Origin: a virus
Taxonomy: Duplodnaviria > Caudoviricetes
Strand: one strand, 5' to 3'
IMG/VR virus record: IMGVR_UViG_2867207765_000001
Location: 30,514-94,513 of that record
Length of the DNA: 64,000 nt
Part shown: positions 48,060 to 57,953 of the stretch, one piece after another
Layout: every line of letters begins with the position of its first letter
How positions within the stretch are numbered: position 1 is the stretch's first letter
The notes under the pieces: model-generated
What the model saw: only the letters and a program-made list of their open reading frames with translations
Told to the model about the DNA's origin: nothing
The model's database searches: none
Program-made: the position numbers and the translations under genes

Positions 48060-48482
48060 ATGCCCACCACGCTGCAGGACACCGTCAAGCTCGACGATAC
48101 GGTTCGCACCCCACTGGAACCGGCTCGCCCGACGGGTCTGACGGCGCTGCTGTTCAAGCCGTCGTGGCTGCATCGACCGACGACGGCGTGGCTGCAGCTC
48201 GACGACGCCGGTGTGGTTGTCCGCCGCAGCAAGCTGTTCCGGCTGGGTGACACCCCAACGCTCGGCGCTCGGGTGGTCGGGTTCACCGAGCCCGGCACGA
48301 ACTTCCCGCTGGTGGCGGCTGTGACCTTCCGCGCGTACCGGGATGGTGCGTCCGTCCTCGGCTTGCGGCCGCTGTGCACCAGCGGCACCGCCGTCCTTGA
48401 GCTCAACGACGTCGTCACCGCGACCGCCGGCCGTTCCTTCGGCCTCGTCCCGATTGACCGCGGCGACCGCACCCATCGGTGA
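48060..48482 (+). CDS. hypothetical protein
   Basis: Leaderless ATG 10 nt after CGCA. Confidence 0.65.
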   Translation: MPTTLQDTVKLDDTVRTPLEPARPTGLTALLFKPSWLHRPTTAWLQLDDAGVVVRRSKLFRLGDTPTLGARVVGFTEPGTNFPLVAAVTFRAYRDGASVLGLRPLCTSGTAVLELNDVVTATAGRSFGLVPIDRGDRTHR

Positions 48483-48545
48483 CCTCGCCGGGTGCCGGCG
48501 GCGCTCTGGCATAGGGGTTGGCGACCGCACCTCGAAGGAGCACCC

Positions 48546-49253
48546 GTGACCATTCTTCTGAACGCTGGCTTTCCCATTGGTGTCGCCGTTGTGCACCGCC
48601 ATCCGACCACCCCGGGCGGTATCGACTTCGGCCCGGCCCCGCGTGTTGTCTCGGGTGTCGGCGAGCGCACCACCGACGGCGTCACCACGCCGACGGTCAC
48701 CGTCGGCAGCGGCGCCACCGAACTCACCGTGCCCGCCGCCGACGTCGACTACGCCCCGCACACCCAGGTGCGCGACCCGCTCGGTCGGGAGGGTGTCGTC
48801 GTCCGCGAAGTGGAACCAGCACCCGAAGGTGTCCACACCCGTGTCGCGTTCGGCGGCAGCCGCGAGTGGGTGCCAACGGACCTGCTCACCGCGGTGGACG
48901 TTCGCGCTCCGGAGACAGTGTGGGCGTCCCGACACCCAGACGGCACCACCGTGTGGGGCGACGAAGCGACCGCCAGCGCGGACGCCCGCGCCGGCGCTGG
49001 CCGCAAGCTGATCCTCCTCACCGGCACCGCCGCCGTCATCGAGCAGACTCCCGCCGCCGGGAAGTTCGCGCTCATCGACCTCGAGCAGCTGCGCTCCGCA
49101 GCGGAGCGGGGCCCGGAAGCGGTCGCCGCCGTCATCGCCGCAGCGGAGAACCGTCCGGACTTCCTCACCGAGGTGGAGGAGTCGCTGCACACACCAGCCG
49201 GCACCTGGGGACTCATCGACGAGTACCGCCGCAAGCAGAGACCATCTGCCTGA
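48546..49253 (+). CDS. hypothetical protein
   Basis: GAAGGAG RBS + GTG. Confidence 0.7.
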   Translation: MTILLNAGFPIGVAVVHRHPTTPGGIDFGPAPRVVSGVGERTTDGVTTPTVTVGSGATELTVPAADVDYAPHTQVRDPLGREGVVVREVEPAPEGVHTRVAFGGSREWVPTDLLTAVDVRAPETVWASRHPDGTTVWGDEATASADARAGAGRKLILLTGTAAVIEQTPAAGKFALIDLEQLRSAAERGPEAVAAVIAAAENRPDFLTEVEESLHTPAGTWGLIDEYRRKQRPSA

Positions 49254-49351
49254 CCGGGGGAGCAGCCGCTCGCTGCAGGCGTCCCATGAGCGGCGCTGTC
49301 CGCGCACAGAGAGACCAGCAGCCGCCACAGTAGAAGGAGCGCCACCAACTC

Positions 49352-49651
49352 ATGCCGTCCACCACCTACGGGATCCGTTCCGCCGCCGGCCGGAAGGTCT
49401 GGTACGCCGGCACCGACGCGAAGCCCGGCAGCCTCCTCACCGGTGACCTCACCGTCACCGACCTGCTCGCCAACGGCAGCTACAGCGTGCAGGTCACCGG
49501 GAACACCCTCACCGTCCTCAGCGAGCAGCAGATGCTGCCCGCCGTGCACGACCCGCTCTGCACCCGGAAGGGTGAGACTCCCATCACCCGCATCCCTTGC
49601 GGCTGCCGCGACCGAGCCCTCGCCCGCCAGACCACCACGGCGCACGCATGA
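49352..49651 (+). CDS. hypothetical protein
   Basis: GAAGGAG RBS; HDPLC...CGC. Confidence 0.6.
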   Translation: MPSTTYGIRSAAGRKVWYAGTDAKPGSLLTGDLTVTDLLANGSYSVQVTGNTLTVLSEQQMLPAVHDPLCTRKGETPITRIPCGCRDRALARQTTTAHA

Positions 49652-50331
49652 CCATCTTCCAGACCGGCGACCCGGTCGTGTACGTCGGCGATGACCAGGC
49701 GCTCCGCAGTCTCGGAGTGACCGTCGGCACGGTCGTCACCGCCGGCCCGTCCTTCACCACCATCTGCGACGACGAGACCGGCCGCGTGTACCAGGCGCTC
49801 ACGTTCGAGTTGGCGTACCCGGAAGGGACGCCGTTGCATCATCTGCGGTCCGGAGCAATCGCGACAGCGCTGATCCCGCGGGTCGGCAGCCAGCTCGACA
49901 GTGGCGTGCACCGAGCGGACTTTGAACTGTTCGGACGGACCGCCCAAGGCCGCGCCGACGCCATCAATTACGCCGGCGCACGCCCCACCGCAATCGGCAA
50001 GCGTGTGTTCCCTGCCGACGCCGCCGTCGTCCACGTCGGTCGGGACGATGCGGCCGGGCAGTTCTCCGGCGTCGGCTACGTCGTCCGCTCCCACTTCGAC
50101 ATCACCACGGTGCGCCTCGAAGACGGAGAGCTCCGCGTCATCCCGACGTTCGACCTGTCGTTCCCCCGCGGCGTTCGCGTGAACACCGCCGCGGACCCCT
50201 GGCGCATCCACACCCTCAACCCGAAGCGCAGCGCGTACACGACGGCGCACTTCACTCACACGTACGGCGGATGGCTGCCTACCACCGACCTCATCGTCCG
50301 CGACACCAGCCGCATCGAGGACCCCCGCTGA
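49648..50331 (+). CDS. hypothetical protein (SH3-like repeats possible)
   Basis: FQTGDPVVY...; ATGA-coupled. Confidence 0.7.
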   Translation: MTIFQTGDPVVYVGDDQALRSLGVTVGTVVTAGPSFTTICDDETGRVYQALTFELAYPEGTPLHHLRSGAIATALIPRVGSQLDSGVHRADFELFGRTAQGRADAINYAGARPTAIGKRVFPADAAVVHVGRDDAAGQFSGVGYVVRSHFDITTVRLEDGELRVIPTFDLSFPRGVRVNTAADPWRIHTLNPKRSAYTTAHFTHTYGGWLPTTDLIVRDTSRIEDPR

Positions 50332-50663
50332 TGCCCACGCCCGTCACCCTCTGGATCGACGACGAACGGCCCATGCCGCCAGGATTCAATGCCGTCGCCC
50401 GCACCTCCGCTGAAGCGTTGAACCTCGTCCACGAAGCTCATGACCGGGGGTACCCACTGCAGGTGGTGTCCTTCGACCATGACCTCGGCGGCGACGACAC
50501 CACACGGCCGGTGATGCTGTGGATGGCGGAGCACGACATCTGGCCCGACGAAGTGCGCGTCCACACCGCGAACCCCGTCGGCCGCGACTGGCTGGAAGGC
50601 ATCGCAGCCCGCTACGCCCCGACCAGCACCCGAATCGTCGTCGCACCCGTCACCGGACGGTGA
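50331..50663 (+). CDS. cyclic-phosphate-processing receiver-domain protein
   Basis: LWIDDERPMP...ARTSAEA...VSFDHDLG...VHTANPVG. Confidence 0.85.
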   Translation: MPTPVTLWIDDERPMPPGFNAVARTSAEALNLVHEAHDRGYPLQVVSFDHDLGGDDTTRPVMLWMAEHDIWPDEVRVHTANPVGRDWLEGIAARYAPTSTRIVVAPVTGR

Positions 50664-50843
50664 CACCTTCCGGCCCGGAGCGCGGTGAACCGTTTCCTCC
50701 CGTCACGGTGACCGGCGGGACCGTTCGCTGAGGAGTCAAGCGTCGCATCGTCCGTGATCATCAGCCGGGCCCTCAGCGGCTGACCGCACTCCGCCGCATC
50801 CGTCCGCGCATAGCAGTTACGGAGCGCAGCGGACGGGAGCAGC

Positions 50844-51065
50844 ATGATCGACTTCACCATCGACGACGAGGTGTTCGTCGCACCGGGAACCGCCGGAGCG
50901 GCGGACCTGCAGGGGTCCCGTGGCCGGGTGGTCGCCGTGGAGCCGGGCAGCCGGTTCAGTGTCGTCGTCCGATTCCCCGGGCATCCGTCGGGACGCGGCG
51001 ACTGCGGCTGGCTGTTCGACCCCGCCACACTCACCCGGGCCACACTCGAACGTCAGGCCGTCTGA
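50844..51065 (+). CDS. small hypothetical protein
   Basis: CGCATAG at 50804-50813, GGAG RBS. Confidence 0.6.
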   Translation: MIDFTIDDEVFVAPGTAGAADLQGSRGRVVAVEPGSRFSVVVRFPGHPSGRGDCGWLFDPATLTRATLERQAV

Positions 51066-51337
51066 TGGCGCATCCCCGTTGGCCCGGCTTCGATGAGAAG
51101 ACCGGGAACGTCGAGTACGACAACCAGTCCCGGCGGCTGAACCGGAAGCTGTGGAAGGGCACGCAGCAGCGTCTCCGTGTCCGCACAGCCGGCGGCAGGA
51201 AGCGAAAGAAGCAGATCCTGCGTGTCGAAGGCGCGAACTACATCCAGCTGATCGTCTCCGTCGCCAACCAGCGGGTCCGCGATTGCGCGTCCGCCCGCCA
51301 CAATGAGCAGACCAGCATCGGAAGGACCACCCCGTGA
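51065..51337 (+). CDS. small basic protein
   Basis: TGATG coupling. Confidence 0.55.
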   Translation: MAHPRWPGFDEKTGNVEYDNQSRRLNRKLWKGTQQRLRVRTAGGRKRKKQILRVEGANYIQLIVSVANQRVRDCASARHNEQTSIGRTTP

Positions 51338-51693
51338 TCGACCGTGACCCCGCCCGCTACCGGAAAGCCGCCGACAAGCTCGCAGCCCTCCGCTCCGCCG
51401 CCGGGAACCCCACCCTCCGCCGCGACCGAACCACCGTCACGAGCGCCGACGCTGACGACACCACCACGACCAGGGTCACCGACGTTCCCGCTGAGCTCGG
51501 TGCGCTCATCACCGCCACCGCGGGGAACCGCACCCTCCTGACCTACGTCGAACAGCAGCTCCGACGCACCGCCGACCTCCTCGACCACTGGAACGGCCGC
51601 ATTGGCCAGGAAGCCATCGACTCCGACGGGGCGCTCCTCACCGTCGCGAACTCGTTCCTCCCCACCCGCCGCAGCAGCAAGTCCGCCGCGTGA
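51334..51693 (+). CDS. hypothetical protein
   Basis: GAAGGA RBS, coupled. Confidence 0.65.
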   Translation: MIDRDPARYRKAADKLAALRSAAGNPTLRRDRTTVTSADADDTTTTRVTDVPAELGALITATAGNRTLLTYVEQQLRRTADLLDHWNGRIGQEAIDSDGALLTVANSFLPTRRSSKSAA

Positions 51694-51758
51694 AGGTCGC
51701 CCGGACTGGGGGCACCAGCACGGGCGGGGACGTCCCCCACCACCGCTACCGTTTACGG

Positions 51759-52403
51759 GTGAACATCGCTCAGGGTCGGGGGACCCGCGCCTTCATCATC
51801 GGCAGCATCGTCGTCGCCGTACTCACCGGCTGCGCAACGACAGCCAGCCAGCTCTCAACCGGCTTCAAGCCGGTCACACCAACGCCGACCGTGTCCGCCG
51901 CGCCGCAGGTCACCGTCGCCACGGTCGCCTCGCTACCCATCGGTGCACCGCTGCCTGCCACGGTCGCCGTCGCCATCCGAAAGAACCCACCCGCCAACGG
52001 CGACTACGCCTACCAGCTCCCCGACAAGAGTTGGATCAAGATCAGCACCAAACAGCCACTACCCGCCAACGTCATCGCAGACCAGCAAGGCAAAGCGAAC
52101 GCAGTGCAGAAGCCGACCAACGGCATGGGATACCAGCAGGTATTCGCGGTGCGAGACTCTGCGGATGCGTTTCTCGGTGAGTACACGTTCGCCACCGGGC
52201 GTAACGCGGTCTATGTGTATCAAGGCACGTACGCTGTGGCTGGCCAGAACGTTCCCTGCTGGCAGGTCAGCGGCACGCCGGCTAATCAGCTGGGGGTCGG
52301 CATGAACCATTGGCCATCGTCCGCCGCGGCGGTCGCCGCCGCGAAGCAGCTCATCGCTTCTTCGAGCACCCCGAACGGGTTCGACATCGTCGTGGAGCAG
52401 TAG
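51759..52403 (+). CDS. lipoprotein
   Basis: Lipobox LTGC. Confidence 0.7.
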   Translation: MNIAQGRGTRAFIIGSIVVAVLTGCATTASQLSTGFKPVTPTPTVSAAPQVTVATVASLPIGAPLPATVAVAIRKNPPANGDYAYQLPDKSWIKISTKQPLPANVIADQQGKANAVQKPTNGMGYQQVFAVRDSADAFLGEYTFATGRNAVYVYQGTYAVAGQNVPCWQVSGTPANQLGVGMNHWPSSAAAVAAAKQLIASSSTPNGFDIVVEQ

Positions 52404-52492
52404 CAGTAGCAGTAGCCGTACACGTCGGCGGTGGTTCCGCGCATAGGAGAGATGACCCAACTGGCACGCCGTGGCGGTTGCCGGAGTGATCA

Positions 52493-52924
52493 TTGGAGGC
52501 GTCGCCCTCGCGGGCAACCGGCCTTGGACTGGCAGCAGACCTCGTCCTCGCCGGTGCAGAAGGCGGGCTCATCGCCAGCGAGGCCGTCACAGCGGGGCTA
52601 GAGACGACGAGCGCGCTCTCGGCTGGAGTGGCGACAGGTTCGGGCGCTGTCGGTGCCGGCCTCGACTGGATGACGTGCGGATACAAGCACGATAAGGGTG
52701 CTTGTGTCGCCGCCGCCCTCAACACGGTCGCCCTCGGGCTCGGCACCCTGGGAGGACCGCTGGAAGAGATGGAGGGGAAGCTGCCGAAGGCACTGGGCTG
52801 GGGCGTGACCGTCGGGTCCCTGCCCGCCGGAGTGGCAGGCTTCTACGAGGACTATAAGGGCGCCTTCGGCGATGACGACGGTGCTAGCGATAGCGACAGG
52901 GGCGGGTACGGTCCCTGTCGCTGA
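52493..52924 (+). CDS. Gly/Ala-rich hydrophobic fragment resembling a polymorphic-toxin C-terminus
   Basis: No clear start or RBS; GAGLDWMTC...ACVAAALNTVALGLG. Confidence 0.4.
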   Translation: MEASPSRATGLGLAADLVLAGAEGGLIASEAVTAGLETTSALSAGVATGSGAVGAGLDWMTCGYKHDKGACVAAALNTVALGLGTLGGPLEEMEGKLPKALGWGVTVGSLPAGVAGFYEDYKGAFGDDDGASDSDRGGYGPCR

Positions 52925-52937
52925 AAGGAGTTTCAAC

Positions 52938-53198
52938 ATGCCGCGAGCAGAGGGTCCAGACCGTGATAAGCGGGTCGGACGAACAATGTTCTTCAGCGGC
53001 CTCGTCGGTGTTGGGCTCGGAGTTCTAGTCGCACTGGCGGTCGTCGGTCTGGGCATACAGGGACTGATACGGGGAGACGACATCTCCCGAACGGAACTGG
53101 CCGGACTGTTTGTGGCGCTTGTCCTCATCGCGCTCGGAACCATCATTGCTCGCACAGGGATCTCGGTATTCAAGCGCGGCAATCGTGAGGGCGAATGA
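52938..53198 (+). CDS. small two-TM protein (immunity-like)
   Basis: GAAAGGAG RBS, two TM segments. Confidence 0.6.
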   Translation: MPRAEGPDRDKRVGRTMFFSGLVGVGLGVLVALAVVGLGIQGLIRGDDISRTELAGLFVALVLIALGTIIARTGISVFKRGNREGE

Positions 53199-53964
53199 CG
53201 ATCCCGGACGGCGGCAGCTGGTGCAAGCACGGCCGCGAGGTGGAAAGTGCGGGTCCCGCTCCGCCGTCCCCGTCCCCGTCCCGCATTGAGCGACTAGCGT
53301 GCCGACTTCTCACGCAGAGCGAGTCGTTGGAGTGTTCAGTTCGAAGGGGCAGCTTAGGCCGCGGCAGGTATGTCTGGCGGCAGTTGATGCGCGACGGCTG
53401 GCTCGCTACTTCGCCGAGTCGCGCTCGATGTAGACGTAAGGATGCGAGACGTCCGCGCCGTCGAAGCATCCGCGATGACCTTCGCGCCCGCGACAACGCG
53501 TACAACGACTTCGACTGGAGCGGCATCGGCTCGGAAGCGGAGCGGTTCGCGTTCCGCGCTGGCTGGAACCGCGCCGCCAACCTGGCCGACGAACGTGACG
53601 CACGCATCGCCGTCCTCGAGAACGCCCTCGCTGCGGTACAGGCGCTCCTTCCTGGGGAGCGGACGTTCGCGGAAAAGCTGCCTCGGGACGCTGCCGGGAA
53701 CTGATTCCCGCGCCTCGTCGATGCGGACCAGGTTGCAGCGGCGTTGCAGCCCGCGGGGGACCTTCTTGGGGACGCTCGTCGCGCCGGCGCGCACAACGCG
53801 CTCGAGCAGGCTGCGCGGCACCTCGACCAGCCAGGATTTGTTTGGCACGGCGACAACGGCGTTCAGGTAGACGCGACCCTCGGCGACGGGCAGATGGTTC
53901 CCATCAGCGTGTGGCTGCGGTCCCTCGCTGACCACGGCGTTCCGCTGGCGCCAGGACAGGTTCT

Positions 53965-54477
53965 GTGACAAGACGCGGATTCCGCTGCTGGCCGCGGTTC
54001 CTCATCCGCGCCCGCGCGAGTGTCGCCTACCCGGTCGCAGGCTGCCTCACCGGAGGGTTCCTCGGCGCAGCCGCCGGCGTCATCGTCATCCTGGTCGGTT
54101 ACGTCATCGACCTCACGGCGGCGACATTCGTCTACGACGTGGTCGCGTTCACCATGCTCGCCGCGGTGTTTGGCGGAGTTGCTGGTCTGTTGGTCGGGAC
54201 CCTCGCCGGGTTCACCGCGGTGGCTGCTCGCACCGTGGCCCGGCGAACCACGGCAACAGTTCGCGCCCGGACAGCGACCACTGCCGCAGCCACGGTCACC
54301 GGCGTCGCAGCGTTCGTCGGCGCACTCCTACTCGAAGCACCCCTGACGCAGTCAGCGCTCATCGCCGCGCCGACCGCCTTCACCACCGCGGTCGTCGTCT
54401 CGCACCTTCAGCACACGCGCCGCACCGCCGGAACGCCGGAGCTGACGTCAGAGGTCGCAGGAAGAATGACCAGGTGA
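53965..54477 (+). CDS. multi-pass membrane protein
   Basis: Four hydrophobic segments. Confidence 0.65.
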   Translation: MTRRGFRCWPRFLIRARASVAYPVAGCLTGGFLGAAAGVIVILVGYVIDLTAATFVYDVVAFTMLAAVFGGVAGLLVGTLAGFTAVAARTVARRTTATVRARTATTAAATVTGVAAFVGALLLEAPLTQSALIAAPTAFTTAVVVSHLQHTRRTAGTPELTSEVAGRMTR

Positions 54478-54779
54478 CCACCGTCAGAGGCGTCCTCCGC
54501 TCCACCATCACCCGCACCGGCCAAGGGCACGCCGACGACCAGCAGACGGCTCGCGCCGAAGCGATCGCCAACACCGGCGACCTGACCGGCTTCGAGGTGA
54601 CGCAGGTCAGCACCGTGTCGTCCAAAGCGTCCGGCGACATCACCATCGAAGCCACCGCACGCTCCACCGAAACCCGACCCCACGAAGCGTCCGGCGCCGA
54701 CTACCGGACCGCGAAGCAGCAGTACGACGCGACGATTCCCGACGGCTGGCAAAGCCAGCACATCATCATCGCGGAGTAA
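54474..54779 (+). CDS. hypothetical protein
   Basis: GTGA coupling; IPDGWQ end. Confidence 0.65.
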   Translation: MTTVRGVLRSTITRTGQGHADDQQTARAEAIANTGDLTGFEVTQVSTVSSKASGDITIEATARSTETRPHEASGADYRTAKQQYDATIPDGWQSQHIIIAE

Positions 54780-54794
54780 GCGGGACTGGTGCGG

Positions 54795-55277
54795 TCAGGC
54801 GCGATGACGCGGGCCGCGGTCGCTGCTGTCGTCTGTCGCGCGGGCCGGCTTGATGTCACGCGAGGCGACCTTTCCAAGCGGCCGTCCGTCCTCGTCGTAG
54901 ACGTCCAGGACGGTCCTCCGGCCTCTGCTCTGCTTCCCAATCCACTCCACGAGGAGCCCCGGGATGCGTGAGACGGCATCCGCGGCGTTCTCTCCGAGCC
55001 TCGTCCCAAACCCTTTCGCTGCAGCCGTTACGAACACGGCGGCCGCTGTTCCGCTCAGCGTGATGACGATGATGTCAACGAGCTGCGCTGTCTCCAGCGC
55101 GTACTGGTGTCGCCGCTCAACCTGTGCGGCGAACCCATCCTGCGGAGGTCGTTCCAACTCGGAAGCGACGCCCTCGTCGTGGAGGAACGCATGCAGATCC
55201 AGCGCTACGCGCATCGCTTCCGGGGACCACTGCTTCGGCGGTTGCGAGATCACGACGTCGGGCACGAGCATGAACAA
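54795..55277 (-). CDS. hypothetical protein with one TM segment
   Basis: 160-aa ORF, atypical codon use. Confidence 0.55.
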   Translation of the reverse strand: MFMLVPDVVISQPPKQWSPEAMRVALDLHAFLHDEGVASELERPPQDGFAAQVERRHQYALETAQLVDIIVITLSGTAAAVFVTAAAKGFGTRLGENAADAVSRIPGLLVEWIGKQSRGRRTVLDVYDEDGRPLGKVASRDIKPARATDDSSDRGPRHRA

Positions 55278-55349
55278 AGCTTACGGACCGCCGCGTCCCG
55301 GCACGCCGCACCGCCGCCTCAGGCCATCCTGACCGTCCCGCTCCTCGTG

Positions 55350-55778
55350 CTACTTGCGGACCGTTCGGCGGTCGGCGATGACCGCGGCGATATGGGCGAT
55401 GCAGCCAGTGACGAGCGCCCAGTGGGCGATTGCGCCGAGCGTGTGAGAGATCAGGTGCGGCGACGCCACCATCAATCCGAGCAGGGCATAGCCACCGGCG
55501 ATGGTCCACGCGCGAATCCAGGAAAGCGTGAGCAGCAGCGGCGTCTGCGGTGCGGCGCCGTCAGCGGACCAGCGTTCCTGGCACGCGAACGCTGCGCCGA
55601 GGAGGAGCGCCGGCAGGAGCAGCAACGCCCCGAGCAGCGTCGCCTCCGACGCAGTGCCGAAGGCGAGCCGTGCCGCGACCCATGAGAGCGCGTCGATGGC
55701 GAGGAAGAGCACGGCAGGAAGGAGCTCCACCTGAAGGAGCGTCGCACGGTGCAGGCGGTCGGAGGTGTTCGTCGTCAC
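55350..55778 (-). CDS. four-TM membrane protein
   Basis: GTG 10 nt after GGCA(TAG). Confidence 0.7.
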   Translation of the reverse strand: MTTNTSDRLHRATLLQVELLPAVLFLAIDALSWVAARLAFGTASEATLLGALLLLPALLLGAAFACQERWSADGAAPQTPLLLTLSWIRAWTIAGGYALLGLMVASPHLISHTLGAIAHWALVTGCIAHIAAVIADRRTVRK

Positions 55779-55890
55779 GCTTCACCTATGCCGTGAACTC
55801 CGCTAGGCCCGTCACCGCTGCTGAAGCTGCTGCCGGGCAGGCCGAGGGGCGAGCACGGCCGCGCAAGGCGAGCGGCTGCCGGACTGCTCG

Positions 55891-56315
55891 CCGCGCACAC
55901 GTCAGCTATGACCACCAGCGACAGCAACGGCAACCTCCACGCCCACGACGGGAGGTTTGCGGAGAAGCATCACAGTGAGGACAGCGCGGTCCGGCTCGAC
56001 GCACCGCGACCGTTGAACAGCCGGCGAAACCCGGTCCTCGCTCACGCTCGCACACTTCGCGACGACATCGACGCTCTCCGCGCCCTCCGCTACGACGTCG
56101 CCCCCGACTATCGGCACGACCCGGACATCGATGACGTGGCGAAGCAGGCCACCCAACAGGAGCTCGACCACGCAGACCGTGTTCTCGGGCGGCTCATCCG
56201 CACCCACCAGAGCTATCCTTTCGCCTAACCCGCCGCCGCACACACGTCAGCTATGACCACCAGCGACAGCAACGGCAACCTCCACGCCCGCGACGGGAAG
56301 TTCGCCGAGAAGCAT
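55891..56315 (+). repeat. ~80-bp direct repeat (55891-55970 and 56237-56315) covering promoter motif plus N-terminal tag
   Basis: cacacgtcagctatgaccaccagcgacagcaacggcaacctccacgccc...gagaagcatca twice. Confidence 0.85.
55908..56228 (+). CDS. hypothetical protein with G-x-F tag
   Basis: MTTSDSNGNLHAHDGRFAEKHH. Confidence 0.75.
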   Translation: MTTSDSNGNLHAHDGRFAEKHHSEDSAVRLDAPRPLNSRRNPVLAHARTLRDDIDALRALRYDVAPDYRHDPDIDDVAKQATQQELDHADRVLGRLIRTHQSYPFA

Positions 56316-56603
56316 CATGCAGCGGACGATGTGACCCTCACGCCGGCGCCGAGGACGGCGTCGGGCGTCTACGAGAACATGGCCCATGCCCGGCTCGACA
56401 GCATTGCTGCGAACCTCGAGCGCATCGCAGAGGAGGTTCGCAGGCAGCATGACCGTTTGGCGGAAAACCCGGTTGACGCCGCAACATCGGCCGTTCACAG
56501 CGTCATGTGGGGGATGGCGAACCTGAACCTGGACCAGCTGGTGAACCACGCGGGGCTCATCGCCTACCACCGTGCTGAGGAAGCCGGCCGCGCGAACGAC
56601 TGA
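56253..56603 (+). CDS. hypothetical protein with G-x-F tag
   Basis: MTTSDSNGNLHARDGKFAEKHH. Confidence 0.75.
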   Translation: MTTSDSNGNLHARDGKFAEKHHAADDVTLTPAPRTASGVYENMAHARLDSIAANLERIAEEVRRQHDRLAENPVDAATSAVHSVMWGMANLNLDQLVNHAGLIAYHRAEEAGRAND

Positions 56604-56812
56604 CCTTCATCCATCCAAAGCCGCGGCCCGAACCGTTGGGGCGCCGCTCCTCTCGTGCGTGCCGGGCGATCGCTGATGGCCTCAGATCCGCACAAGCATG
56701 CGAATTTGCGCTGGGTTGCACGAGACCGCGCGCCGTCCGAATCTTCCGCGCATAGAGGGGGTGTCGGTCACCGCAGTGGTGGTCGGCATCCTTCAACAGA
56801 AAGTAACTAGAA

Positions 56813-57325
56813 ATGACCGCTATCCCGAACATCACGACCATCATCGGCAACCTGACGGCGGACCCCGAGGTCCGTACCGTCGGTGGCGCGCAGGTGGCGA
56901 ACTTCTCGGTCGCGTCGACGGGTTCGAAGTTCAACCGGGACACGAACTCGTACGAGGACAAGGAGTCGGTGTTCTACCGTGTCGCCGCGTGGCGCAAGGA
57001 CGCGGAGAACGTCGCCGCGTCGCTGCACAAGGGGGACCGGGTCGTCGTCATCGCCGAGGCGCGTCCGAACTCGTACGAGAAGGACGGTGTGACGATCAAC
57101 GCCGTGCAGTACGAGGCCGTCGAGGTCGCCGCGTCGCTGTCGTTCGCGTCGGCGCAGCTCACCCGCAACGCCCGCGGCCAGGGTCAGGCGGCTCGTCCGG
57201 CCTCGGCGCCCGCGCCGACGTCGCCGGCCGTCGCCCCGCAGCCGGCCCCGGCCGCCCCGGCTCCGCAGCCGGTCGCCGCTGCCGCGCCCGTCGCGTCGGC
57301 GGGCTTCGACGACGACTTCAGCTGA
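56813..57325 (+). CDS. ssb: single-stranded DNA-binding protein
   Basis: IIGNLTADPEVR...VANFSVAST...AENVAASLHKGDRV; acidic tail FDDDFS. Confidence 0.93.
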   Translation: MTAIPNITTIIGNLTADPEVRTVGGAQVANFSVASTGSKFNRDTNSYEDKESVFYRVAAWRKDAENVAASLHKGDRVVVIAEARPNSYEKDGVTINAVQYEAVEVAASLSFASAQLTRNARGQGQAARPASAPAPTSPAVAPQPAPAAPAPQPVAAAAPVASAGFDDDFS

Positions 57326-57365
57326 GCTGAGCGTCACTGGACAGCCGGGAGGCTGACCGCCCCAT

Positions 57366-57407
57366 GAGAAACGCCCCGAGCACCGGAACCGTGCTCGGGG
57401 CGTTTCT
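57366..57407 (+). terminator. hairpin terminator after ssb
   Basis: agaaacgccccgagcac-cggaacc-gtgctcggggcgtttct. Confidence 0.7.
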
Positions 57408-57498
57408 GCGCACCCCCACAGTGCGCCCCCTTTGGAGACCAGCCCAGGATACCGAGTCGTAAGCGGGCCGCTCACGTTCCGCCGCATCTGCGGAGAGC

Positions 57499-57939
57499 AT
57501 GGCTGACGCTCTCGCACCACTCACGGCGTTCGTCGGCAGCCATCCCCTTGTCGCTGCTGGTGTCGCGCTGGCGCTGGTCGTCGTTGCCGTCGCCCGGAAG
57601 GGACGCGGGGACGGGAAGCCGCAAACGGACCAGCGGCGGATGTTCTCCGGCGCGCAGAAGCAGGAAGCGAAACGGCGCGCAGGAGGCCGTTGCGAGCACT
57701 CCTCCGCCGGGTTCCGCTGCAAGCAGCCGGGGCAGCACGCCGACCACATCTACCCCTGGTCCAAGGGCGGCGCGACCGAGATGTCGAACTGCCAGTCGCT
57801 GTGCGCCACCCACAACCTGCAGAAGTCGAACCACGTCCCCAGCCCGTTCTACATCCACCGTCTCCAGCGTCGTCGCGCCCGCTACTTCCCGACCGGGGTC
57901 AGCCCCCGCGTTGAGTGGCGCCTCGGCCGCGCGCGCTGA
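57499..57939 (+). CDS. membrane-anchored HNH endonuclease
   Basis: N-terminal TM; [24 protein letters not shown]. Confidence 0.88.
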   Translation: MADALAPLTAFVGSHPLVAAGVALALVVVAVARKGRGDGKPQTDQRRMFSGAQKQEAKRRAGGRCEHSSAGFRCKQPGQHADHIYPWSKGGATEMSNCQSLCATHNLQKSNHVPSPFYIHRLQRRRARYFPTGVSPRVEWRLGRAR

Positions 57940-57953
57940 ACGGCGGCGACGCG

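Noticed and set aside
53195-53968. ORFs 53195..53704 and 53744..53968
   Set aside because: Only their 3' parts look coding; probably fragments, so no supported call.
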